Below, piece by piece: positions 43,698 through 52,409 of a DNA stretch of 64,000 nt. The first letter of the stretch is position 1; each line of letters starts with the position of its first letter. Location: the NCBI GenBank assembly GCA_963737265.1, contig CAVTRY010000012.1, forward strand, positions 1 to 64,000. The letters run 5' to 3'. The position numbers were made by a program, and so were the translations under genes. The stretch comes from an uncultured delta proteobacterium (GTDB lineage Bacteria; Myxococcota_A; Polyangia; Fen-1088). The notes beneath the pieces were generated by a model. The model made no database searches and had not been told where the DNA came from. It saw nothing but the letters and a program-made list of their open reading frames with translations.

Positions 43698-44075
43698 TCA
43701 CGGCGCGCGCAGGGCGTAGTACAGGAATCCCGCGGCGATGACCACGTGTAGGACCGAATTGGGAAGGATAGGGCCCAGCCCCGGCAGCACGCCGGAGGTA
43801 CAGGCAGCTATCTCGATGGGCAGCAGGCCTGCATGAAGCAAGGCGCTGCTGAATAGGAAGGCACGGAGGGTGGGCGAATTGAGGTGCTGGCGCACGAGTA
43901 GCGTCAGCACGCCGGACGCGAGAATCAGGACACCGACCTCCCGGACCCAAACCCGAGCCACGGGATTGGGCGAAACCCCCTTGCTCGCCAAAAGCGCAGC
44001 GGGGCAGGTCAGGGCGAACACACCAATAGCAAGCGCGATGGTGCCGACAGAAGTAAGGAATGACTTTCGAGTCAT
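43698..44075 (-). CDS. Small membrane protein
   Basis: About four hydrophobic segments; divergent from the regulator. Confidence 0.65.
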   Translation of the reverse strand: MTRKSFLTSVGTIALAIGVFALTCPAALLASKGVSPNPVARVWVREVGVLILASGVLTLLVRQHLNSPTLRAFLFSSALLHAGLLPIEIAACTSGVLPGLGPILPNSVLHVVIAAGFLYYALRAP

Positions 44076-44160
44076 GGTGCGAGCTTGTCCGGGCAACGGC
44101 GCGAGCTCAATGACCTCGCCAGGTCATGGCGCGCGAAAGATCGGATGCTAGATCCCTGCG

Positions 44161-44964
44161 ATGACCAGCCTGCTCTTTCCCGCGGTCTTGCGCTATTGGC
44201 GCGAACGTCGTGGCATGTCGCAACTGGAGCTGTCGTGTGCCGCCGATGTTTCGGCCAGACACATCAGTTGTCTCGAATCGAGTCGGGCCAAGCCGAGCCG
44301 GGACATGGTGCTGCGACTGCTCTCGGTCTTGAGTGTTCCCTTGCGCGAGCAGGATCAGGCGTTGCTTGCCGCCGGGTTCGAGCCGCGCTATTCGGCTGCG
44401 GCATCCGAGCCGCCGCCAGAGCTCGATCCGGCCATCGCGCTTGCCATCGAGCGAATGATGGAAAAACAGGAGCCCTTCCCATTGACCGTGCTTTCCCTCG
44501 ATGGGCGCATCGTGCGCAGCAACCACGCGGCAACAAGCATCTTCGAGGCCTTCGTCGCCGAGCCCGCGGCGCTGCCCGATTCGCCGAACATGTACACCTT
44601 GCTCTTCGATCCGCGTTTCCTGCGATCCTTCATTCTCGACTGGAGCACCCTGGCTCGCGCCATCACCTCGCGCGTGCATCGCGAGCACCTGCAGCGGGGG
44701 GATTCGCGCCTGGCCCCTGTCCTGGATCGGTTGTTTTCTTTCCCCGATGTGCCGAGCGAGTGGCGGCATCCCGACTTTTCCACCCAAGCGCACCCAACGA
44801 CTCGGATTACGTTGGTTCGCGGCGCACTCCGAGTCTGCTTCCTGGTCACGATCACGGCCTTTTCCGCCCCACAACGGGTTGCACTCGATGAGTTGCGCAT
44901 CGAAAGCTGCTTTCCCCTCGACCAAGAAACCGAAGCGACCTGCGTCCGCCTGGGTTCGGGATAG
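44161..44964 (+). CDS. XRE-family HTH regulator with MmyB-like ligand domain
   Basis: WRERRGMSQLELS...SARHISCLE; LDELRIE. Confidence 0.85.
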   Translation: MTSLLFPAVLRYWRERRGMSQLELSCAADVSARHISCLESSRAKPSRDMVLRLLSVLSVPLREQDQALLAAGFEPRYSAAASEPPPELDPAIALAIERMMEKQEPFPLTVLSLDGRIVRSNHAATSIFEAFVAEPAALPDSPNMYTLLFDPRFLRSFILDWSTLARAITSRVHREHLQRGDSRLAPVLDRLFSFPDVPSEWRHPDFSTQAHPTTRITLVRGALRVCFLVTITAFSAPQRVALDELRIESCFPLDQETEATCVRLGSG

Positions 44965-45202
44965 GTGAGTCGGTCGTAACCGTCCGCTGGTGGCCATCTC
45001 GCGGGTCACGGTAGAGTTTGGCAGTATGACCGGGACACGATGGATAGCGCGACGAAAAGCCCGGACTGCACTTCAGCCGACTGAGATCAAGGCTGGGAAT
45101 TTCTCGCACGCACTGCCACCGGCCAGATTTGTTGAAAGCGAATGGATCGGAAGCAGTCACTTAGCCGCGTTCTCGAAGGACACCAACACCGTCTATATCA
45201 AC

Positions 45203-46266
45203 CCCGTGCGTATCGTGCTCGACCCAGACGCCACTCCCGTGGCCAAGGGCAAGCTATGCGGCCAGCAAGCCGGGTTTAACCTGCATGCTCAGACCAAGGT
45301 CGCCGCCAACGACAAGAAGGGTCGCGAGAACCTGTGCAAGTACATCTTGCGCCCGCCGCTGGCCAACGACCGCCTCAAGATCCTCGACGACGGTCACGTG
45401 AGGCTCCCGAAGCGGTCCTCGCGTTGCTGGCGCTAGCGCGCGATCTCACCGGCGACGCGGTATTGGCGTTCGAGATGTTCTCGCGCTTTGCCCTGGAATT
45501 GGTCACGCGCTACGTTCCTGGAACCTCGGATCCTCTGGCGGCTCCTTCACCCTGGTATGTGCTGACCGACTTGACGGTTGCGCGCGCCACGGCTGAATCC
45601 TTCCTGGCGGAAGCGTTTGCCCAGGGTTTGGTCAGCGATGCGGTGCTGGCGGGAAGCGCGGCGCAAGCCAAGGCTCTGTGGAAGCTGCGCGAATCAATCT
45701 CGGAGTCGCAGAAACACGAAGGCGGCAGCATCAAGCACGACATTTCCGTGCCGGTGTCGCGCATCCCGGCCTTCATGCACCAAGCGCTGGCCGCTGCGAA
45801 AAAACTGATACCTGGCATCCGCCCCGTGCCCTTCGGTCACGTGGGCGACGGCAATCTGCCCCAGCTTCTGAAAAAAACGTTCGAGATCGACACCGTCTGC
45901 CCTCGCTGCAAAACACCTCTGCGCCTCATCGCCATGATCGAGACCGAGGACACCATCAAGAAAATCCTCAAGGCCATGGGCCTGCCCACCTGTGCGCCAA
46001 AACTCTGGCCCGCACGACCGCCTCCCTCGCAATCTGGTGGCGAGGGCGGAGACTGGCTGAACTGACGGCACGTCGACAAGGGCGGGATGGAGTTGACTGC
46101 CCCGCGTGCTCGAAAACGCTCGAAAACGCCCCGTCAGGCCCCAGAAACCCGGTCAAGTTCGCTGCGCGGACGTGATAGGTTCCCACCTGATGCGGTCCGG
46201 CAGGGTTCTCCGACGCTCAGAAAACCCCTTTGATTCGACTATGGTCCCTTTAATTCGCCTATGGTC
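45203..46266 (+). mobile_element. IS91/ISCR-like 3' remnant (copy G) containing a foreign insert and a doubled ori end
   Basis: Matches copy E on both sides of 45406-45859. Confidence 0.88.
45406..45859 (+). pseudogene. Internal fragment of an FAD-linked oxidoreductase (D-2-hydroxyacid dehydrogenase type)
   Basis: LWKLRESISE, IKHDISVPVS, FGHVGDGNL motifs. Confidence 0.85.
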
Positions 46267-46418
46267 GCGGCCGTGCAGAGAGCTGAACACCCAGGGGCAC
46301 TCGCCCAGATGGCCGCTTCACTCAAGCGCAAGGTCAAAGAGATGACCACGACCAGCCGAAGAAGCCAGTTCTTGTTCGAGCGTCGCAGACTGCGGCCCGT
46401 GACCTCGGGAGATGGTCT

Positions 46419-47036
46419 ATGAGATCTCCACGGGACGCCCTGGTTGCTCAGTTCGGAAACCCGAACGGGTTTCTGGGGCGGGTCGCCGGATTCATCATGC
46501 GCTTTCGATCATCCAATCGCGAGCGCAACCGTCGAACCTTGGAGATACTCGACATCCGACCCGAGGACGCAGTGCTGGAGATCGGTTTCGGCCCTGGCCT
46601 CGCCATCGAGCAGGCGGCCCAACTTGCGCAGCGGGGCAAGGTGATGGGAATCGATCATTCGGAATTGATGCTGCGGCAGGCACGACGTCGAAATGCGAAG
46701 GCGATCGCGGATGGTCGCGTCGAGCTATTGCTCGGCTCCGCGAATCGCCTTCCTGAATTTGCCACGCGCTTCGACAAGGTGTTCGCGACCAACGTGTACA
46801 TGTTCTGGGACGACGCCGCGGGGATTCTGCGCGGGATTCGCTCGGTCATGAAGGAGGGTGGAACGATCGTCCTGGCGCTACAGCCGCGGCATCGTGGGGC
46901 CACGAATCAAGACGCTCATGCGGCGGCCCAGCGCATGACGAGTTCGCTCCGCGATGCCGGCTTCGAGGCTGTGCGAACGGAGATTCTCCCAATGGCTCCC
47001 GTTGACACCGCATGCGTGCTCGGCCGTTCACGATAG
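46419..47036 (+). CDS. Class I SAM-dependent methyltransferase
   Basis: VLEIGFGPG motif. Confidence 0.85.
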   Translation: MRSPRDALVAQFGNPNGFLGRVAGFIMRFRSSNRERNRRTLEILDIRPEDAVLEIGFGPGLAIEQAAQLAQRGKVMGIDHSELMLRQARRRNAKAIADGRVELLLGSANRLPEFATRFDKVFATNVYMFWDDAAGILRGIRSVMKEGGTIVLALQPRHRGATNQDAHAAAQRMTSSLRDAGFEAVRTEILPMAPVDTACVLGRSR

Positions 47037-47344
47037 CGTGGCTGCTACGGCGGCCCGCTCGTGAAGAAACGAAGCTGCTGATGCACAATGACCGTTCTCT
47101 TCGCGCAGGCTGTAGCGAGGGCCATCGTACGCCGCCCTCGCAGCTCAGAGCCGTCGATCTCTACCAGCTGGCGACGAATTGCAGGCGCCGATGACAACAT
47201 TGGCGACTGGAGAAATGTCAGGTAAGCCGAATCGTTTCCGAGCTTTTGCTTGCCAGCATTAGGCTTCGGGAATATGCAAATGGATGCACGCGTACCGGCC
47301 GCCATTCAAAGTGATGGGCATGACGGCGCCAGCGGAAAGCCCGA

Positions 47345-48442
47345 ATGTCGATTGATAAGTCGCTTCTTCTGGTCGGTGACGAGCCCTGGAATACCCAGAA
47401 TACCGTCGACCTCATGGTCGAGTTCGTGAATGCGGCGAAAACAAGCCTGCACATCGCCATCTACGATTTTCGCCTTACCCAGCCGCAATCTCTCCCGTTC
47501 GTGGATGCCTTGGACAACATGGCGCACGAAGGCGTCGAAGTGAAAATCGCCTACGACCACCGAAACCCACTTTCGCTGCTCCCAGGGTCCAAAGCTTTCG
47601 CTGCTGGCGACGATCCGGCGCCCAAAGGCACACATGAGTTCCTGACCTCCGGCTTTGGCGGCCGCCATCGGAAAACCCAGGTTCAGGTGAAGGCCTTGCA
47701 GGAGGAATCGATCGCGGGCAGCAAGCTCATGCACGAAAAGGTCGTCATTCGCGACGGAAGCGCTGTGCTTACGGGTTCGGCGAACTTCACTGACGACGCC
47801 TGGGCTCACCAGGACAACAACATCCTGACCATCAACTCGCCTGATCTCGCAAACTATTACGAAAAGGACTTCCAAGAGCTCTGGTCGACCGGGAAGCTCA
47901 GTGGCACGGGCGACACCTTCGGCACGGTACATGCTGCGGGGCTCGACCTCGATGTACGTTTCGCGCCGGCCCAAGGCAAGCGGATCGATGGCGAGATCGC
48001 GCAGCTCATTGACGGCGCAAGGGCGGGACGGCTCCTCCACATCGCCTCGATGGTTATCACGAGTGACAAGATCCTCGCCTCGCTCGGGAACGCGCTCGAC
48101 CGCGGCGTCGAGGTGCATGGGATCTACGATGGCACGGAGATGTCCGTGGCGCTTGGCCAGATGACGAACCCGCCCAAGGTTGACCTCATGAACAAAATCA
48201 TGGCGGCCTTGGTCGCGAAGCACTCAACCCCCTTTGATCCCAGGAATCCAAGAGGGCTTCACAACTTCATGCACGATAAGATTGTGGTCGAAGGGGACAC
48301 TGTGGTGACGGGGAGCTACAATTTCTCGACCTCGGCCGAGGGCAATGCCGAGGACATCCTTTTCATCCGGGATAAGGCCCTTGCTGACAGCTACCGGGTA
48401 TACATAGAAAGGCTCATCGAGAAGTGGAGGAAGAGCAAGTAA
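47345..48442 (+). CDS. Phospholipase D-family protein (two HKD motifs, Nuc-like)
   Basis: HEKVVIRD...TGSANFT and HDKIVVEG...TGSYNFS. Confidence 0.88.
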   Translation: MSIDKSLLLVGDEPWNTQNTVDLMVEFVNAAKTSLHIAIYDFRLTQPQSLPFVDALDNMAHEGVEVKIAYDHRNPLSLLPGSKAFAAGDDPAPKGTHEFLTSGFGGRHRKTQVQVKALQEESIAGSKLMHEKVVIRDGSAVLTGSANFTDDAWAHQDNNILTINSPDLANYYEKDFQELWSTGKLSGTGDTFGTVHAAGLDLDVRFAPAQGKRIDGEIAQLIDGARAGRLLHIASMVITSDKILASLGNALDRGVEVHGIYDGTEMSVALGQMTNPPKVDLMNKIMAALVAKHSTPFDPRNPRGLHNFMHDKIVVEGDTVVTGSYNFSTSAEGNAEDILFIRDKALADSYRVYIERLIEKWRKSK

Positions 48443-48565
48443 AGCTCGATCCGGCCAATACCATGCATGGCTCAAGGCCCAGGCTGGCGGCGCGCTCACA
48501 CCGCTCGGCCAACAGCCGAAGGCTCCGACAGCATCCATAGGACTGCAGAAACCAAGGAGCGTCAA

Positions 48566-48970
48566 ATGTCCAATGCCACCAAGTTGATTTCAGGCATCCT
48601 CTTGATAATCATTCCGACGATCGAGTACGGCGGCACGTTTCTCCTCGGCCTCCTTTCCGGCAAGCCTCCGCAGTTCACCGACTTCCAGCGCTCGATGTTT
48701 CGGGCAGGTCACGCCCATGCCGGCGTGCTCGTCATTCTCGCCCTCGTTGCCCAAATCTTCATGGACCAAGCGCGACTGCCGGAGACCGTGGGATGGGCGG
48801 TCCGGATCGGGTTCGTAATTGCTGCCCTCCTCGTGAGTGGTGGTTTTTTCGGGGGCGCACTGGGCAAGAATCAACCAGGCCCGCTGATCGCGTTACTCTG
48901 GATCGGCATCATCATTCTCGCCTGCAGCGTCATTACGCTCGGCATCGGCCTAATCAGAGCCCACACCTGA
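48566..48970 (+). CDS. Small membrane protein
   Basis: AAGGAG RBS, FRAGHAHAGVL motif, four hydrophobic segments. Confidence 0.75.
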   Translation: MSNATKLISGILLIIIPTIEYGGTFLLGLLSGKPPQFTDFQRSMFRAGHAHAGVLVILALVAQIFMDQARLPETVGWAVRIGFVIAALLVSGGFFGGALGKNQPGPLIALLWIGIIILACSVITLGIGLIRAHT

Positions 48971-49276
48971 CAGGAAAATCGTTCGGGAGTCGAGAATGAA
49001 AGAAAGTAGATGGCGGGCTTCGACCGGGATGCCGCTTTGGTCTTCCCTGGCTGGGCATGCCGAGTGACGGATGATCCTGCTCTCGTTGCTTCCCCGCAGG
49101 CTGCGTCGCTGGCAGGTGGCCCAGTCCGCTACGCGCCTACGAATGACGGAATGAGGATCGAGCAGGCACCCTCGAACCGGAACCTGACATTGTTTTCCCC
49201 GTTAACGTTGGCAACACAAGGAGATGAATGGCACCTTCTATCGTACTTGTCGTCTCAGCCGTGGCCTTCTGGCTTG

Positions 49277-49844
49277 CGGTGCCGAGCCTGTTTCGGCTGA
49301 GGACGGACGGGTCCAGCGACGCCTGGCCGACCAGCGTGCGGGGGCGGAAGACGTCGGTCGGGTTGAAGCCGAGCGCGACGCCGTTGCGCACGTTGATGCG
49401 CCCGACCTCGAGATAGAGGCGCGCGCGCGGCTGCCAGCTCGCGTATGCCTCGCGCAGCTCGTTGCGCGCGGTCGAGCGCGACCACCAGGTCTGATGCTCC
49501 TGGGCGATCAGATCGATGCGATCGCTGAGGGTCAACTTCAGCGACGCCCGCGCGGCCCAATCCGCCACCAGATCCGCGCTGGCGCGGTCCTGCCACCGAT
49601 AGGGCGGCGGCGGCGGAAACGGTACGACCGGAGCCCGCACGCTGGCCACCGTCAGCGCGTCCTCGAGATAGAGCCGCGCATGCGGCCCCCCGCGCGTCGG
49701 CCGGGAAAGAGGCGTCGCGGGCGCCTCCGCCGCCGGCCCGGCCAAAGCGCCGGGGATGCGATCTAGGTCGCTGTCCTCGACAGCGGGCGCGGGCGCCGCC
49801 ACGACCGCGGACAGCACCGCGAACGTGGCCAGAGAGATCGACAT
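49277..49844 (-). pseudogene. 3'-truncated outer-membrane-type protein gene
   Basis: Signal peptide, ELREAY, GRINVRNGVALGFNPTD; breaks after RNRLGT. Very high GC. Confidence 0.6.
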
Positions 49845-49846
49845 GC

Positions 49847-50270
49847 TCACTCCTCTTCGAAACGCGGCAGGTAGTCGCGCTGGAACCAGGCCTCGGGCAT
49901 CTCCTGGGTGCGATAGCCGGCGGCATCGACCGTCGTGACCAGGTTGGCGTCGACCGCGTCGATGATCACCGTCTCCGTCGGACGCATCACGCCCAGCACA
50001 TCGGCCACCTTGCGGTAGTAGGCGATCTTGAGCAGGCGACCGCTGTCCGAATAGAACTTGCCCTTGATCGCGCGGTACGTATCGCGTTCGACCCAGCATT
50101 CGAGACGCGCGTAGACCGCGTCGCTCGTCGCCGCGACCAGGTTCAGGTGCCAGGCGCGGCGATCCTGGTGGTCGCCGTCCTTGATCGTCTCCTCGCCGAT
50201 CAACGTCGCCGTGTAGTCGTGCGCCAGGTTGACGGTGAGCACATCGCCGTTCGACGCCTGGCCCACCAGC
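49847..50270 (-). pseudogene. 5'-truncated outer-membrane lipoprotein-sorting protein fragment
   Basis: GQASNGDV, KFYSDSGRLLK, WFQRDYLP. Confidence 0.7.
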
Positions 50271-50633
50271 GAGCTCTCGGCCCCTACCCGCCACCCACAC
50301 CACCGCTCGCTTCGCTCGGCCTCGCATGGCACGCTCGGCAGACGGGTCCTTACGCGGCCGGAAGACCGGCCGCTGGCCCCTTTCCCGACTCGCTGGCACG
50401 CGAGCCCAGGCGTTCCGGCGCTCGTCTACACGCGCAGTCGTGGGCGCAGGCCACACCGCACCGTCATCTGCAGCGGGGCGAGCCATGCCTTCCCGCGAAG
50501 CTCCGCGGGCCGGCGAGGGCGAAGCCCGAGGAGGCGGCTTGGGGGTGCTGGTGGGTCCCGAGGGCCGGCCGGCTTCGCACGCGCGTGGCTGCCGTGCTTG
50601 CCAAGCCAAGAGGCGCGGGTATACCTTCCCCTG

Positions 50634-50966
50634 GTGAAATTCGAAACGCGCCCGCGCCGCTGCAAGAGCGAACCCGAGCCCGCGTCGGCCTTGATTTCCG
50701 CCGTTGTGGCCAGCATCGGAGGCGACAAGCGAGGGCGCGAGCAGCAGGTGTTCGCGGTGTACGACGACATCGCCGGAGATTTCTTGCGCAAGCATTCCCG
50801 CCCAGACGCCCTGCGCGATGGGATGCTGGTGGTGCGGGTTTCGAGTTCGTCCATCGCGCACCACCTGGTGCTTCTGCGCGGAGAAATCCTACAGCGGATG
50901 GCGCCGCTGCTTCCCCCGAATGAGCATAGTCCGTTGAAACGCCACTTTGCTTTCAAAGTCCGATAA
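50634..50966 (+). pseudogene. DUF721/DciA-like gene, probably 3'-truncated near 50918
   Basis: SRPDALRDGMLVVRVSSS motif, followed by an abrupt shift to AT-richer sequence. Confidence 0.6.
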
Positions 50967-51139
50967 GAAGCATTGGACGAAGCCGCTTGCACGGCAGCTT
51001 GGCGGCCGTGCGACTTGGCAAGCATTGTAGCAGGGCAAGCCTCATCTTGAGCTGACACCGTCGCCCGAAATTCTGGTCGTGTCCATCGTTCCGACGTGGG
51101 CAACTCCTTGGCTTTCACCCAAGCCAAAGGAGAAACGCC

Positions 51140-51550
51140 ATGTCCGACCGAAATGATGTCCAGACCGCTATGTCCGACGCAAACGATGCAGAGAAGTCGC
51201 TCGACCGGATGAAGATTTTCATGGAGCTGCGCGGGTTGCGGCCCAATACGGTGTACACCTTCGCCCTCTGTGCTCGCAGGTTTCTTGCTCACGCGGGCAA
51301 GGCGCCGACCGCCATCAAGGCCGCCGACGTCGAGTGTTTCCTCCTCGATCTCACACGCAAGGGCCGTTCGCCGCAGACACGCAACGTGAATCTGTCCGCC
51401 GTGCGTTGCCTGCTGTTTGCCACCCTTGGCGACGACAGCCGCGTGGTCACTGCCGGTATCCCGAACGCCAGGGTTCGGCGCCGAAGCCCGGAAATCCTCA
51501 ACGGCACGGAGGTCGAGCGACTGCTCGCCGCCACGGACTCGCCGAAGTAA
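51140..51550 (+). pseudogene. Tyrosine integrase N-terminal (SAM-like) half, truncated
   Basis: MELRGLRPNTVYTF...SPEILNGTEVERLL; stops before the catalytic domain. AAGGAG RBS. Confidence 0.75.
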
Positions 51551-51797
51551 CTCTCTATCTGTTAACCAGTCTCTGACGCTCTCTCCCCAAATTGGCCGCC
51601 AGAGATCACTTCTGGGAAAGATAACCCGCCCCGTTCGCCCTCTTGACGGATCTCGGCATTCTCGTCGCGCTTTTCGGCTTTCTGAGGCGATCGCGCAAAC
51701 CCCTGCGAAACAAGCGCATTTCCTGCGACGGCCTTGTATCTGTCCCCGGGGTCGCGCTGTCAACCAGCGGCGACCAAAAGTTCGCGGGACACGAAAG

Positions 51798-51842
51798 TGG
51801 CTCCCCGAGCGAGACTCGAACAAGCGACCCGGTGGTTAACCG
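51798..51842 (-). other. Degenerate tRNA-Asn 3' half (att-like remnant)
   Basis: GGTTAACCACCGGGTCGCTTGTTCGAGTCTCGCTCGGGGAGCCA; no 5' half. Confidence 0.6.
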
Positions 51843-52029
51843 GATCGCGTCAATCCCTCCCTGGCGTCCATCCTGTGCGGAGGCGCAAAGCCATCAGCCA
51901 GCGAGTAGCAGGCGCAGCGAAGGTAGGCGATATCGAATCGACCTTGCTCATCCGAGTCGCAGATTGGATTTCGAGATGTCTCCCGACGAATCTGGCGTAG
52001 TCTCGGCCCGCGCGCGTCCGGCAGCGAGG

Positions 52030-52400
52030 TTGTGGGCGTGGCCGCCGATGTGGTCCGTTCCCGACGTGACCTGACCATCGAGAGCGCCATGCTTCGACAC
52101 CAAATCAACGTACTTCGTCGAAGCACGAAGCGTCCCAGGCTTGGGCTGACCAACCGGGTTGAAGCTCCTTCTGGGTGCCTCATTGCTTCCCACGTGGGCG
52201 CCGGGCGGTTGCCAGCGTGCAGCCAGAGACTGTCCTTCGCTGGCACCGAGCCGGCTTCCGCCTGTTTCGGCAGATTCGCTCTCGGCCGCGTGCCAACTCG
52301 CCGTTGCCGAAAGAGTCCACCGACCACTCCCCGGCGCTGCCGAGTGCCATCCCGTTTTTTGACGACGTCTTGGTCACCATCTTGCGGGGGCTGCACTAGG
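52030..52400 (+). pseudogene. Degraded, internally deleted integrase-core transposase
   Basis: LRHQINVLRR, VQPETVLRWHRAGFR and ILRGLH spread across frames. Confidence 0.6.
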
Positions 52401-52409
52401 CAGTCGCTA

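Noticed and set aside
1-46266. CRISPR-like array made of recurring ori ends and foreign fragments
   Set aside because: The repeats are dispersed, long, in both orientations and tied to transposase tails. There is no regular spacing and no cas gene.
49137-50864. 575-aa ORF as a single gene
   Set aside because: It is a read-through of several unrelated fragments; only 49277-49844 looks like coding sequence in that frame.
51798-51842. Functional tRNA gene
   Set aside because: No 5' half or D-arm, and the T-stem is mismatched.
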